In this document: positions 1 to 10,645 of the stretch, one piece after another
How positions within the stretch are numbered: the stretch's first letter is position 1
How the letters are laid out: every line of letters begins with the position of its first letter
NCBI GenBank assembly: GCA_965220465.1
Contig: CBDCPZ010000025.1
Coordinates: 918,936-982,935 of the forward strand
Direction: 5' to 3'
DNA length: 64,000 nucleotides
Source of the DNA: Saprospiraceae bacterium
GTDB taxonomy: Bacteria > Bacteroidota > Bacteroidia > Chitinophagales > Saprospiraceae
Program-made: the position numbers and the translations under genes
The notes under the pieces: generated by a model
What the model saw: the letters and a program-made list of their open reading frames with translations, nothing else
The model's database searches: none
What the model was told of the DNA's origin: nothing

Positions 1-79
1 GACGAAAATCAAAAATCGTATTCCATTCTCAAGTAGAAACAGTGCTTTGTTTTGAAAAAATCAGAATTTAAAAAAAATA

Positions 80-382
80 TCAAATTTCGCTTCCTTTAAT
101 CAAAGTAGACACACGAACGGACTGTTGTTTTAAATGCAGGTAATTCTTCCGTTCGGGATCTAATTTAAATTGTTCAAAATCTGTTTCAGTTTGGAAGCTA
201 ACCAAGTGGATTTCATAAGGTCGTTCGATTGAAGTTTCGATAATCGTTTCCTTTGTAGGACGGATTCTTAACTCGAGTTTTCCGTTATATTTTGAAATGA
301 TTGGAATTGCTACACTTTCAAATTCGTTGAAAACAGCTTCCTGCCCTTCGTTCAAATAAATAAGTTGGGTGATGTAAATCAT
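80..382 (-). CDS. DUF1330-like small protein
   Basis: A 100-aa ORF whose overall pattern resembles DUF1330 family proteins. It overlaps the upstream DinB-like gene by 4 nt, suggesting an operon. Confidence 0.45.
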   Translation of the reverse strand: MIYITQLIYLNEGQEAVFNEFESVAIPIISKYNGKLELRIRPTKETIIETSIERPYEIHLVSFQTETDFEQFKLDPERKNYLHLKQQSVRVSTLIKGSEI

Positions 383-822
383 CGTTTATAAAATATATAA
401 TCTGAAATGATTGGTTCAATCCCATTTTCTCTAAAGTCCGTTGCAATTTGTGCCCGATGATACGTGGAGTGATTGATGATATGGAAAAGAATATCCCGCA
501 CTGTGCTTATGTAAGAACCGCCTAAAGTGTTGGTATAACTCACTTTTAAATTGAAATCATACGCTTCAACAATGGCAATCGAAGCCATACATTTGGATTG
601 GTTGATTGTTTTCCAGTCAGACAAAGCATGGTTTTGCCAGACGCCAAATTCAGCTTTTTGCTTTAAAATTCTTGAGTTCCAGATTTCATGAGCGTTTAAA
701 ATATGGCTGAACAATTTGAGCGTTCTTTCGGTAACTTTGGATTCAGATTCCAAGGCTCTTTCAATCAATTGCTCATTGCACAAAAGGTTGTATTCGAACA
801 TTTCTTTAAAAAATGCTTTCAT
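379..822 (-). CDS. DinB/YfiT-family damage-inducible (metal-dependent hydrolase-like) protein
   Basis: A 147-aa ORF with the DinB_2-type His motifs (HIINHSTYHRAQI) typical of the DinB four-helix-bundle family. Confidence 0.6.
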   Translation of the reverse strand: MKAFFKEMFEYNLLCNEQLIERALESESKVTERTLKLFSHILNAHEIWNSRILKQKAEFGVWQNHALSDWKTINQSKCMASIAIVEAYDFNLKVSYTNTLGGSYISTVRDILFHIINHSTYHRAQIATDFRENGIEPIISDYIFYKR

Positions 823-1019
823 TGGCAGCTACTTTTTTATCGAAGATGATTTTTATTTTTTAAGTTTCAATTTAGGAAATGTAATTCAAATGATGTGGTT
901 GAATAACAAATATTGATCTGACGAGAGCAAAAATGATTAGGGTTAAATTTAAAAAAAAACATCAGAAGTCGTTAAATTAGACTTGAACTTGTTTAGAACA
1001 TACTTTTAAGATAAAAAAT

Positions 1020-2525
1020 ATGAAGCTTAAGACATTTTACAAAACGGTTATTTTTGTCTTCTTACTCTTTCCACAATTTTCATTTTCTCAGGAAACAAAA
1101 AATCCATTTTTATTTACCACAGAAAATATTAGCATTACTGATCATGACTCAATTAATCAAATAAATAATAACTCCGTAAATCTTCGAGACGAGAACGATC
1201 TCTTATTAGGTGAAAAAGGTGACAATTGGATATCTGGTAATTGGCAAAATGCTGATTCCGTTGAATATCTATATAATTCCGAAGGACTTTTAATCGAAAG
1301 CATCATTAGACTTGGCCATACCCAACCATGGACTAATTATAGCCGATATGCCTACGAATATGATGAAAATAGCAATTTAGCGGTATGGTTATGGCAAAAA
1401 TGGAACGAATCCGATTGGGTTAATCGTGGTCTTTATAACTACGAGTATGATGCGAATAATAACCAAACTGTGCTACTATCCAAACTGTGGGAATCGTCTA
1501 ATTGGGTAAATTATTCAAAAGAAATCAATGTATATGATGTAAATAATAATTTGATTTCATATTCAGAGCAAAAATGGGATAATGACTTCGGCTGGCAGGA
1601 TAATTCGAGATATACTTATGAATACGATGCAAATAATAATCAGACTTTGATGTTGGTTGAATATCGTGATGAATTTTTTAATTGGCAAAATTCAACTAAA
1701 ATTATTACAGAATACAATTCTGTTAATAAACTAACCCTGCAAAATTATTTTATTTGGAATGACACTACTTGGGCAAACCCGTATCGAACTCTCTATGAAT
1801 ATGACGAAAACGACAACTTAATAAGGGAGTTGTTTCAAAATCCAATTTTACTATCTTGGACTGACAACTATCATTACGTTTATGAGTATGATGTAAATAA
1901 TAATAGAACAAAATACTTAGCGCAGTCTCTCTGGCAATATCCGGAACCGGTTAATTACGAACGAAAATTCTACGAATACGACTTTGATAATAATCTCATT
2001 TTTCAGTTTGATGAAAAGTGGATTGCTGATGCATGGCGCAAGACTCAAAAGCTTACCTTTGAATACGATTCAAACAATAACCTTACACTTGAAAGAGAAC
2101 AGTGGTGGAATGCAACCTATTATGTCAATGATTTTCAGCATAAGTATGAATACGATATAGAAAACAATTTAGTCTTTCACCTTCAGCAAAAAGTAATAGA
2201 TACCGATTGGGTAAACTGGAAACGCAGATTTTACTATTACAAAATAATAATTGATAACCCAGAAATTAGAGCCTCGGATTTAGATTTTCGAATATTTCCA
2301 AATCCAAATAACGGGTATTTTGATATAACAATGGGTAAAAATGATTTTCAACCTGGCCACCTGAATATTTATAATTCAATAGGTCAAATAGTATATATCC
2401 AAACTATCGAAACCGGAGGCATCAAAAAACCACTCGATTTATCTCATCTTTCCGTTGGGACTTACTTCCTTCAACTGATGATAGGAGAAAAACAATCCAC
2501 ACAAACATTCATTATATCCCATTAA
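1020..2525 (+). CDS. T9SS C-terminal-sorting-domain repeat protein (10 x ~29-aa W/Y-rich repeats)
   Basis: Starts with a signal peptide (KLKTFYKTVIFVFLLFPQFSFSQ). The body is ten tandem units with the core Y-E-Y-D-x-N-N-N-x-T and flanking W-x-N-x-x-x-W. The C-terminus (FRIFPNPNNGYFDI...GTYFLQL...) matches a T9SS type A sorting domain. Confidence 0.7.
   Translation: MKLKTFYKTVIFVFLLFPQFSFSQETKNPFLFTTENISITDHDSINQINNNSVNLRDENDLLLGEKGDNWISGNWQNADSVEYLYNSEGLLIESIIRLGHTQPWTNYSRYAYEYDENSNLAVWLWQKWNESDWVNRGLYNYEYDANNNQTVLLSKLWESSNWVNYSKEINVYDVNNNLISYSEQKWDNDFGWQDNSRYTYEYDANNNQTLMLVEYRDEFFNWQNSTKIITEYNSVNKLTLQNYFIWNDTTWANPYRTLYEYDENDNLIRELFQNPILLSWTDNYHYVYEYDVNNNRTKYLAQSLWQYPEPVNYERKFYEYDFDNNLIFQFDEKWIADAWRKTQKLTFEYDSNNNLTLEREQWWNATYYVNDFQHKYEYDIENNLVFHLQQKVIDTDWVNWKRRFYYYKIIIDNPEIRASDLDFRIFPNPNNGYFDITMGKNDFQPGHLNIYNSIGQIVYIQTIETGGIKKPLDLSHLSVGTYFLQLMIGEKQSTQTFIISH
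1340..2210 (+). repeat. Tandem ~87-90-nt coding repeat, about 10 copies
   Basis: The motif tat/tac-gaa-tac/tat-gat...aat-aat-aa recurs at ~1352, 1441, 1536, 1619, 1711, 1795, 1882, 1972, 2060 and 2147. Confidence 0.6.
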
Positions 2526-2637
2526 AATATGGTCGATAACATATTCTATTTTCAATCGTCCAATTTATAGATTATGTCTCAAAAAGACTACTTTTTAAAA
2601 GCACCTCGTTTATTTTCCAAATCAATTTTAGGTTAAA

Positions 2638-3546
2638 ATGATTAAAAATATTTTTCTTTTTGTTGCCATCGCTTTTTTGGCTTCTTGTTCCACTTCCAAA
2701 AAAACGAGTCCTTACGAATTTGCCCTGATGAGCGCCGATGTCTATGATGCGGGAATCGTTTCGGAATTTCCAACCCATATTCAACCATTTATGGATTTCG
2801 ATAAAAACAATTTTAGTTCTCCTTTAAATATTGATTTTAATAAAGTTTTGGATTTGGCGGAGCAAAAAGATTGGAAACAATTAGCGCCCTATCTTGCTAT
2901 CAAGTCATTTGGCAAAGGCGGTTACTTCGGCAGAGCTTACATAAATACCAGAAGCAATCAAATCATCATCGCACACCGCGGGACGGATATCGATTTTAAC
3001 CGATTAAAAGGAAATGACCTTAACTTTTCAACAGGCATCAGCTTTAAAGATCTTATCCGCGACATTGACGACAATTATGATATTTTTAAAGGGGAGATTC
3101 CATACCAGCAATTAGCAGCCGCAAAATATTTTACGGAACTTGTAAAGCTCGATTACGAAAAGAAGTATGGCAAAAAAAATCCACAGGTCATCCATACTGG
3201 TCATTCGTTAGGAGCGGTGTTGGCCGAACTTTCAGCGATTGAAAATAAAGGAAATGCCGTTACTTTCGAAAGTCCCGGCTCTAATCCTATGGTTGAAAAA
3301 ATACTGGAATTGAACAAAGTGGATAAAAGCAGCTTCAAAATAATTACCTACAACATGGTTCCAAATTCTGTAAATCTGACCAACGCTCCTGCCGGAAAGG
3401 TTTATTATCTAAAAGATTTTGATCAATCTCTGAAAACTGATGATCCTTATAGCGATGGAGCTATCCAGGCAGCACTGGAAAACCATGGAATTGAAGAAAT
3501 TCTTTTGCAATTTGACCCGAAGACTGGTAAGCCGAAGAAGAAATAG
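2638..3546 (+). CDS. Class-3-lipase-like alpha/beta hydrolase lipoprotein
   Basis: Has a lipobox (FLASCST) and a GHSLG nucleophile elbow (HTGHSLGAVLAELSA). Region IIIAHRGTD is typical of the lipase_3/DUF2974 group. Confidence 0.6.
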   Translation: MIKNIFLFVAIAFLASCSTSKKTSPYEFALMSADVYDAGIVSEFPTHIQPFMDFDKNNFSSPLNIDFNKVLDLAEQKDWKQLAPYLAIKSFGKGGYFGRAYINTRSNQIIIAHRGTDIDFNRLKGNDLNFSTGISFKDLIRDIDDNYDIFKGEIPYQQLAAAKYFTELVKLDYEKKYGKKNPQVIHTGHSLGAVLAELSAIENKGNAVTFESPGSNPMVEKILELNKVDKSSFKIITYNMVPNSVNLTNAPAGKVYYLKDFDQSLKTDDPYSDGAIQAALENHGIEEILLQFDPKTGKPKKK

Positions 3547-3628
3547 TTTGTGGTTGGGAGTTGGGAGATTTCCTTTTTTAACTCTTTACGTCTTTACATT
3601 TTAACATCCTTACCTCTTGCCCTCTAAC

Positions 3629-4108
3629 TCATTCCTCTTTATAAAGCATCGCAGGATCAGCCATAAACCATTGTTCCCGATCTTTGGTAAAGCCGAATGT
3701 AGCGTGTGGTAATTTTAGGTTGAGCATTTTTAAAACATTTTCTGTTTCCTTTTCCGTCATACTCAAAGTGATTTCATCACCATCGATCAGTTTGAAATAA
3801 ATTGTGGCATTTTTTGAAAACTCCAGACCGAAGGGCATGCGCTGAGTCACGATTGAATAAACCCAAACAATTTTTTTAGGAGCATTTGTAAGCAATTGTA
3901 AAAGAAGCGTTTTGTCAACATTTCTGTTTAAAAGAGCATCGCGAGTATATTTTATTCCTAATACAGTTAAAACAATTCCAACAATTACGATTGCTCCATT
4001 CAACTGAAAAGCAAAAATACAAAGCAACTCTCCAAACAACAGCAAAGCCACTGAAGCTATTAGTTTCAGGCGAATTTCACGTTTCAAAGCTATTCGGATT
4101 GCTTCCAT
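3629..4108 (-). CDS. Hypothetical two-TM membrane protein
   Basis: A 159-aa ORF with two hydrophobic helices (LIASVALLLFGELLCIFAF; AIVIVGIVLTVLGI) followed by a soluble domain. No family recognised. Confidence 0.4.
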   Translation of the reverse strand: MEAIRIALKREIRLKLIASVALLLFGELLCIFAFQLNGAIVIVGIVLTVLGIKYTRDALLNRNVDKTLLLQLLTNAPKKIVWVYSIVTQRMPFGLEFSKNATIYFKLIDGDEITLSMTEKETENVLKMLNLKLPHATFGFTKDREQWFMADPAMLYKEE

Positions 4109-4231
4109 ATTTATGCAATATTCAATAATTCAAACAAATTTTTTGTTTTAATTTTAATTTTTAATAAACATTTTGTTGTTTTATAAATAAATTGTTTATA
4201 AATTGCAACAATAACAGCAATACGATAATGA

Positions 4232-5083
4232 ATGAGGGATTGTTTTAACCAAAATAGTCGAATCATGGATCTACAAATTTTAGTCAGTAAAAAAGGAACT
4301 CAAGTTGTAACTGCATCAAATCTTCACGATGCGCTTCGCCTTCCACAACATAAATATAATAGTAACATTGCAAAATGGCTCACTGATATTTACAACTTCA
4401 ATGGTGATATCAGAAAACCAATTGAGTTGAAAGATTATTCGAAAAGGAATCTGAAACTCAGCAAAAGAAAAGACTTTTATTTATCTATTGAGTTAGCGAA
4501 ACTGATTACACTGAATTCAGATAGCAATGCCAAACAACAATACGCTAAGTGGTTGACAACACTCGAACATAAAGAAGACACGATTGGTTTTTTTTCCAAA
4601 GATCAAATTGTTGCAGTTTTGGAATTGACGAAAGCAATGGGTTTGATTAGCTGCCAAAAATCAGTTGAACAACATCACTTGCAAGCTTATGAAGAAACAT
4701 ACGGCAGACCATACCGTTGGTGGGAATATCGCGCAAATCTTCTCGGATACTCGGTAGAAGAATTAAAATCAAAAATGCGGCAAGTCGGAAAGAGTTATAA
4801 AGGCAAAAACATTTTACAAATGCTGATGACAGTTGACAAATATGAAATCATCCGAATGGCCGTTATTGATCTCTTCCTGGCTTTAGGAAAAACCATAGAA
4901 TATGCGAAAAGTATGGGAGATTTGGCTAAGTTTTTTGCTACTGAATTGAAGGTGGAAATTTGGGATGACCGTAAATCTTCCATCAATTTCATGACGCATA
5001 AAGTCAACCCTCAATTGGTTGAAGAAGTAAAAATGATGAAGAAAGGTAAAAACTTACCAATGTGGTTGAACAAAGCAATCTAA
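4232..5083 (+). CDS. Hypothetical protein (start uncertain; alternative Met at ~4265)
   Basis: A 283-aa ORF with no recognisable motif. A strong rho-independent terminator follows it. Confidence 0.4.
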   Translation: MRDCFNQNSRIMDLQILVSKKGTQVVTASNLHDALRLPQHKYNSNIAKWLTDIYNFNGDIRKPIELKDYSKRNLKLSKRKDFYLSIELAKLITLNSDSNAKQQYAKWLTTLEHKEDTIGFFSKDQIVAVLELTKAMGLISCQKSVEQHHLQAYEETYGRPYRWWEYRANLLGYSVEELKSKMRQVGKSYKGKNILQMLMTVDKYEIIRMAVIDLFLALGKTIEYAKSMGDLAKFFATELKVEIWDDRKSSINFMTHKVNPQLVEEVKMMKKGKNLPMWLNKAI

Positions 5084-5126
5084 ATCGTTTTAAAAATATA
5101 ATTTTAATCGTTTAATTTTCGGAGGG

Positions 5127-5178
5127 GATTTAAACTTCAAAAAGTTCATGCAACTTCAGAAGTTTAAATCTTTTTTAA
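5127..5178 (+). terminator. Rho-independent terminator
   Basis: Perfect 12-bp stem gatttaaacttc / gaagtttaaatc with a 19-nt loop, followed by TTTTTT. Confidence 0.6.
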
Positions 5179-5254
5179 TTTCTTAACTTTGAACCCAATA
5201 TATTGCTATTGCGTTTTATGTACAATCCACTGAAAAGATAGAAAACAGTATTAT

Positions 5255-7180
5255 ATGTCTAAGGTAACTTATAACGAAGATAACATCAGATCGCTTGATT
5301 GGCGGGAGCATATTCGGATGCGTCCGGGAATGTATATCGGAAAACTGGGAGATGGTTCTTCTCCAGATGACGGTATTTATATTTTGATCAAAGAAGTCAT
5401 TGACAATTGCATCGATGAATATGTAATGGGATTTGGTAAATACATCGACGTAACACTTTCTGAAGGTAACATATTAGTTCGTGATTTTGGCAGAGGTATT
5501 CCTTTAGGGAAAGTTGTAGACTGTGTGTCAAAGATAAATACCGGTGGGAAATACGATTCCAAAGCTTTTAAAAAGTCTGTTGGCTTAAATGGTGTTGGAA
5601 CAAAAGCGGTAAACGCGTTGTCTGATTATTTTAAAGTTCAGGCTATCCGAGATGGAAAAACCAAAATTGCTGAATTTGAACGAGGTGAGATTAAAAATGA
5701 CGCCAAAATTATCAAGTCATCTGACGAAAACGGAACGCTAATTCTTTTCAGGCCAGACGCCTCCGTTTTTAAGAATTATCGTTTTCGGCCAGAATTTATG
5801 GAAGCTCAACTCTGGAACTATGCTTATTTAAATTCCGGATTGAAAATCAATTTTAATGGCAAAACCTTCTTTTCACGAAATGGTTTGCTTGATCTCCTAA
5901 CTCGCAAAACCAGTACGGAACACCTCCGCTACCCAATCATCCATCTTAAGGGGGAGGACATAGAAGTTGCCATTACACATGGTCAACATTATGGCGAACA
6001 ATATCATACTTTTGTAAACGGTCAAAATACAACTCAAGGAGGTACGCATTTAAATGCTTTCCGGGAATCTTTGGTTAATGTAATAAGAGGTTTTTATAAC
6101 AAAAACTACGATGCAAAAGATATCCGTTCTTCAGTAATCGCGGCTTTAAGCGTTCGAGTTGAAGAACCTGTTTTTGAATCTCAAACGAAGACAAAATTAG
6201 GCTCGCAAAATGTCGCTCCAGATGGCCCTACAATGAGGTCTTTTATCAATGATTTTCTGAGTAAAGAATTGGACAATTTTTTACACCAAAATCCCGAAGT
6301 TGCCAAAAGCTTACAGAAAAGAATTTTGCAGTCAGAACGGGAACGTAAAGAAATTGCAGGAATTAAAAAACTGGCAAACCAACGAGCTAAAAAAGCGAAC
6401 CTTCATAACAAAAAACTACGCGATTGCCGCAAACACTACAACAGCAATGGCCGTGAAGTTAGCGAAGAAGACCGAAATGCGTCCACCGTTTTCATAACCG
6501 AGGGAGATTCGGCAAGTGGTTCCATAACAAAAGCGAGGGATGTGCAATCACAAGCTGTATTTAGCTTACGAGGTAAACCCTTAAATTGCTATGGCTTAAC
6601 CAAAAAAGTCGTTTATCAAAACGAAGAATTTAACCTCCTCCAACATGCATTGAATATTGAAGATAGTCTGGATGATTTGCGATACAATCGAGTGGTGATT
6701 TCTACAGACGCAGATGTTGATGGAATGCATATTCGATTATTATTACTCACTTTCTTTTTACAGTTTTTTCCTGACCTGGTACGAGCTGGCCACCTTTATA
6801 TTCTGGACACTCCTCTGTTTAGGGTTCGAGATAAAAAAACAACCTTTTATTGTTACAGCGAAACTGAAAAACAAGAGGCGATAGAAAAACTGCGTGGTAA
6901 AGCAGAAATCACACGATTTAAGGGCCTTGGTGAAATTTCACCAGATGAATTCGGAGATTTTATTGGCGAAGATATTCGATTGGAACCAGTGATTCTCAGA
7001 GAAGAAACCAACATTGACCAAGTCCTTGAATATTATATGGGCAAAAACACTCCCGATCGACAGGGTTTTATTATTGATAATTTGAGAATTGAAAAAGATG
7101 AATTAACAGAAATTCAAAAAACCAGTACAGCGGAACCTCAAACCATTCAGCAAAAATCCGAAGTAGAAGTCGCCAGTTAA
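5255..7180 (+). CDS. parE: DNA topoisomerase IV subunit B
   Basis: A 641-aa GHKL/Toprim type IIA topoisomerase B subunit. The N-terminus ([41 protein letters not shown]) matches the Bacteroidota ParE pattern rather than GyrB. Confidence 0.8.
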   Translation: MSKVTYNEDNIRSLDWREHIRMRPGMYIGKLGDGSSPDDGIYILIKEVIDNCIDEYVMGFGKYIDVTLSEGNILVRDFGRGIPLGKVVDCVSKINTGGKYDSKAFKKSVGLNGVGTKAVNALSDYFKVQAIRDGKTKIAEFERGEIKNDAKIIKSSDENGTLILFRPDASVFKNYRFRPEFMEAQLWNYAYLNSGLKINFNGKTFFSRNGLLDLLTRKTSTEHLRYPIIHLKGEDIEVAITHGQHYGEQYHTFVNGQNTTQGGTHLNAFRESLVNVIRGFYNKNYDAKDIRSSVIAALSVRVEEPVFESQTKTKLGSQNVAPDGPTMRSFINDFLSKELDNFLHQNPEVAKSLQKRILQSERERKEIAGIKKLANQRAKKANLHNKKLRDCRKHYNSNGREVSEEDRNASTVFITEGDSASGSITKARDVQSQAVFSLRGKPLNCYGLTKKVVYQNEEFNLLQHALNIEDSLDDLRYNRVVISTDADVDGMHIRLLLLTFFLQFFPDLVRAGHLYILDTPLFRVRDKKTTFYCYSETEKQEAIEKLRGKAEITRFKGLGEISPDEFGDFIGEDIRLEPVILREETNIDQVLEYYMGKNTPDRQGFIIDNLRIEKDELTEIQKTSTAEPQTIQQKSEVEVAS

Positions 7181-7465
7181 AGCTGTTCGGAAAAAATAAT
7201 TTTACAACTTTACATCATTGTGACAAAATAGGTGGAACCGCTTATTTTGGAAACTTGGATATTTCATAGAATATCAAACTGTCTTTTTGTCGCCTAAATG
7301 TGAAAAAGGGGTTAATATAACAGGTTTGATTGCCAAAAAATGCCAAAAAGAACCTATAATTGCCACGGCATAAATATTGACTATTCATTATACGTTTATA
7401 AAAGAATATATTGAATGTCAATTTGGCATTTTGATATTTATTAAAATAAAAGACAGTGTTGATAT

Positions 7466-9877
7466 ATGAGTTTTCTTGAAAATTTTTTTATTCCACAAAG
7501 TATTGATGAAGATGGTGATTTTATGCCTTTACTTTCGGTAGAGGAGGAAGAAGATATCGCAACAGGTGAAAATTTTCCTGAGGTGATCCCAATTCTTGCT
7601 TTAAAAAATACAGTGCTCTTTCCAGGCATTGTTATCCCCATAACTGTTGGGAGAGATAAATCAATAAAAGCAATAAACAAAGCCTATGAAAATGACCGGA
7701 TTATAGGCGTTTTATCACAAAAAGAAAGTCAGACTGAAGATCCTGATACTGGCGATTTGTATAAAGTTGGTACAGTAGCACGTATCTTGAAATTGTTGAA
7801 AATGCCTGATGGCACTGCGACAGCAATCCTTCAGGGACGAAGGCGTTTTTCACTTTCCGAAATGATAGAAGAGGATCCTTACATGGTAGGTAAGGTTTCG
7901 GTATTAGAAGAAACTATCCCGGAGGATAATCTTGAGTTTAAAGCATTGATCTCCACAATCAAAGACAAGGCAAAACAAATTATTCAGCTTTCGCCAAATA
8001 TCCCGTCCGAAGCCTCTGTAATGTTAAAAAACATTACTAACAATTCATTTTTAGTCAATTTTATAGCCTCGAATTTAGGGATCAACAATGTCAAAAAACA
8101 ATTAGTCCTCGAGATTAATAATCAAAAAGATAAAGCTTCGGCAATTCTTGGATACATGGATCACGAGTTGCAATTGCTTGAATTGAAAGACCAGATTGAA
8201 TCAAAAGTCAGGGGAGATATTGAGAAACAACAACGAGATTATTTCCTAAATCAGCAACTGAAGACTATTCAGGAGGAATTGGGACAAAATCCGAACGAGG
8301 CAGAAATTCTTTCGCTAATCGAAAGATCAAAAAAGAAAAAATGGTCGAAAGAAGTCGCTGAGATTTTTCAAAAAGAAATCAATAAAGTTCAACGGATGAA
8401 TCCGCAGGTCGCCGAATATTCCGTCTTGTTGAATTATCTGGAATTCATGCTTGATCTACCTTGGGGAGAATACACAAAAGATAATTTTAACCTCAAAAAA
8501 GTAAAACAAGTACTTGACACGGACCATTTTGGCCTTGAAGAAGTAAAAGAAAGAATTCTGGAACACCTTGCGGTTTTAAAACTGAAAGGAGATATGAAAG
8601 CGCCGATCTTATGCCTGGTAGGTCCTCCTGGGGTAGGAAAAACATCACTCGGAAAATCTATTGCCAGAGCTCTAAAGCGCAAATCAATAAGAATGTCGCT
8701 TGGTGGATTGCATGACGAATCAGAAATCAGAGGTCATCGCAAAACCTATATTGGAGCAATGCCAGGGAGAATTCTTCAGTCAATGAAGAAAGCCAAATCT
8801 TCAAACCCGGTTTTCATCCTTGATGAAATTGACAAAGTTGGAAAAGATTTTCGGGGTGATCCGTCTTCTGCATTGCTGGAAGTTTTGGATCCGGAACAAA
8901 ACACTACTTTTCATGACAATTATCTAGAAATAGAATATGATCTATCCAAGGTATTATTTGTCGCCACAGCAAACTCTTTAGGGTCTATTCAACCTGCATT
9001 GCTGGACAGAATGGAAATCATAGATATCAGCGGATATTCCGTTGAAGAGAAAATTGAAATTGCAAAGAGGCATCTAATCCCTCAACAATTGAAAGAGCAT
9101 GGTCTAACTTCAAAAAATGTCAAATTGAAAACAGATGTTATTGCAAAACTAATTTCAGATTATACGCGTGAATCAGGGGTACGTTCTTTAAACAGACGGA
9201 TTGCAGGAGTGATGAGAAATGCAGCTAAAAAGGTTGCTATGGAAGAACCATTTAACCCAAATCTGAAGCCCACAGACCTTAAGGACATAGTTGGCCCCCC
9301 CAGGTACTCCACTGAAATGTATAAAGAAACAAATGCTCCGGGGGTAGCCATCGGTTTAGCCTGGACAAGAGTAGGCGGTGACATACTTTTCATTGAAGTT
9401 AGTTTGAGCAAAGGGAAAGGAAAACTGACGCTGACGGGAAATTTGGGCGAAGTGATGAAAGAATCAGCTACAACTGCCCTAAGTTATTTGAAAGCACACA
9501 GCGAATCATTGGGTCTCAATCCTGAAGTATTTGAGGAAAACGACATCCACATTCATGTACCCGAAGGGGCCATTCCAAAGGATGGGCCATCGGCTGGTAT
9601 CACGATGATTACAGCTCTAGCTTCCGCTTTTAATAAACGATCCGTAAAGCCATTTTTGGCAATGACAGGTGAAACTACTTTGAGAGGAAAAGTATTACCG
9701 GTCGGTGGTATAAAAGAGAAAATACTTGCAGCTAAAAGAGCAGGTATTAATGAGATCATAATTTGTAAAGATAATCGTAAAGATATTGAGCAAATCAATG
9801 AAAATTATATCAAAGATTTGAAATTTCATTACGTTTCTACGGTAGATGAAGTACTTGATTTAGCAGTAGGTTTTTAA
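7466..9877 (+). CDS. lon: ATP-dependent Lon protease (endopeptidase La)
   Basis: An 803-aa ORF with a Lon N-domain, Walker A (GPPGVGKTS) and the Lon catalytic serine motif (DGPSAGITMITALAS). Confidence 0.9.
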   Translation: MSFLENFFIPQSIDEDGDFMPLLSVEEEEDIATGENFPEVIPILALKNTVLFPGIVIPITVGRDKSIKAINKAYENDRIIGVLSQKESQTEDPDTGDLYKVGTVARILKLLKMPDGTATAILQGRRRFSLSEMIEEDPYMVGKVSVLEETIPEDNLEFKALISTIKDKAKQIIQLSPNIPSEASVMLKNITNNSFLVNFIASNLGINNVKKQLVLEINNQKDKASAILGYMDHELQLLELKDQIESKVRGDIEKQQRDYFLNQQLKTIQEELGQNPNEAEILSLIERSKKKKWSKEVAEIFQKEINKVQRMNPQVAEYSVLLNYLEFMLDLPWGEYTKDNFNLKKVKQVLDTDHFGLEEVKERILEHLAVLKLKGDMKAPILCLVGPPGVGKTSLGKSIARALKRKSIRMSLGGLHDESEIRGHRKTYIGAMPGRILQSMKKAKSSNPVFILDEIDKVGKDFRGDPSSALLEVLDPEQNTTFHDNYLEIEYDLSKVLFVATANSLGSIQPALLDRMEIIDISGYSVEEKIEIAKRHLIPQQLKEHGLTSKNVKLKTDVIAKLISDYTRESGVRSLNRRIAGVMRNAAKKVAMEEPFNPNLKPTDLKDIVGPPRYSTEMYKETNAPGVAIGLAWTRVGGDILFIEVSLSKGKGKLTLTGNLGEVMKESATTALSYLKAHSESLGLNPEVFEENDIHIHVPEGAIPKDGPSAGITMITALASAFNKRSVKPFLAMTGETTLRGKVLPVGGIKEKILAAKRAGINEIIICKDNRKDIEQINENYIKDLKFHYVSTVDEVLDLAVGF

Positions 9878-10009
9878 CTATTTTGCTGTTAAAATACTGT
9901 TAATATACAACGAAGATGCGCTTGAAAGTATCTTTAGATTGCGTTTAATTTTTAGATTTTACTATCTTGCAGAACTCATTTTATCAAGTACTTTTATAAT
10001 AATAATTTA

Positions 10010-10645
10010 ATGAGATATCTAATACTAATCATAGGCTTATTGACTCTTTTTAACTTCAAGCTTTCTGCTCAAGAGTCAAAGGAAGGATTGATTCAATTTT
10101 CAGGAATTGTACTTGATGGTTCTAATCAGGATTTATATCCAATCCCATATACAAATATTTATATCAAAGATAAGGGTCGAGGTACTTATTCTGATTTCAA
10201 AGGGTTCTTTTCTATCGTTGTTGAAAAAGGTGATAATGTAGTTTTTTCGGCAATTGGTTTTAGAACAGTTGAAATAACGATCCCTGACACTTTGAGTGAT
10301 GACCGATATTCTTTAGTGCAATTAATGTCTCAAGATACTGTTAACCTTCCAATGACTGTGGTTTTTCCCTGGCCAAGCCGAGAAAATTTTAAACTGGAAT
10401 TTTTGGCAATGGATGTTTCTTCAGAAATGCAGCAGCGAGCAATTGAAAACTTAGCACAGGAAACTTTAAAAAATGGAAGATCTGTAGTCGCTACTGATGG
10501 AAATGAACACGGTGATTATTATTTGCGTCAACAATCCAACCAATATTATTATGTCGGTCAATCCCCGCCTTCCAATATTTTTAGCCCAATTGCATGGAAG
10601 AAGTTTTTTGACTCCTGGAAAAATGGAGATTATAAAAAAAAGTAG
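10010..10645 (+). CDS. Secreted carboxypeptidase-regulatory-like domain protein
   Basis: Has a signal peptide. The segment GIVLDGSNQDLYPIPYTNIYIKDKGRGTYSDFKGFFSI fits the CarboxypepD_reg fold pattern. Confidence 0.5.
   Translation: MRYLILIIGLLTLFNFKLSAQESKEGLIQFSGIVLDGSNQDLYPIPYTNIYIKDKGRGTYSDFKGFFSIVVEKGDNVVFSAIGFRTVEITIPDTLSDDRYSLVQLMSQDTVNLPMTVVFPWPSRENFKLEFLAMDVSSEMQQRAIENLAQETLKNGRSVVATDGNEHGDYYLRQQSNQYYYVGQSPPSNIFSPIAWKKFFDSWKNGDYKKK

Noticed and set aside
716-916. 66-aa ORF overlapping the DinB-like gene start region
   Set aside because: Low-complexity sequence partly antisense to 379..822. There is no support for it as a gene.
5255-7180. Possibility that this is gyrB rather than parE
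   Set aside because: The N-terminal motif ([14 protein letters not shown]...[12 protein letters not shown]) and the ~640-aa length fit the Bacteroidota ParE pattern. GyrB has a distinct N-terminus (GLHHLVYE...DEALAG).
8434-8682. Short antisense or alternate-frame ORFs lying entirely inside well-supported genes. They include 5377..5562, 6300..6497, 8434..8682, 9160..9411, 9553..9798, 12413..12922, 15314..15814, 18444..18923, 21162..21446, 23005..23256, 28670..29010, 29372..29722, 41500..41946 and 61251..61966.
   Set aside because: Each overlaps a long ORF that has clear family-level motifs. None shows a motif of its own, and their composition mirrors the opposite strand.
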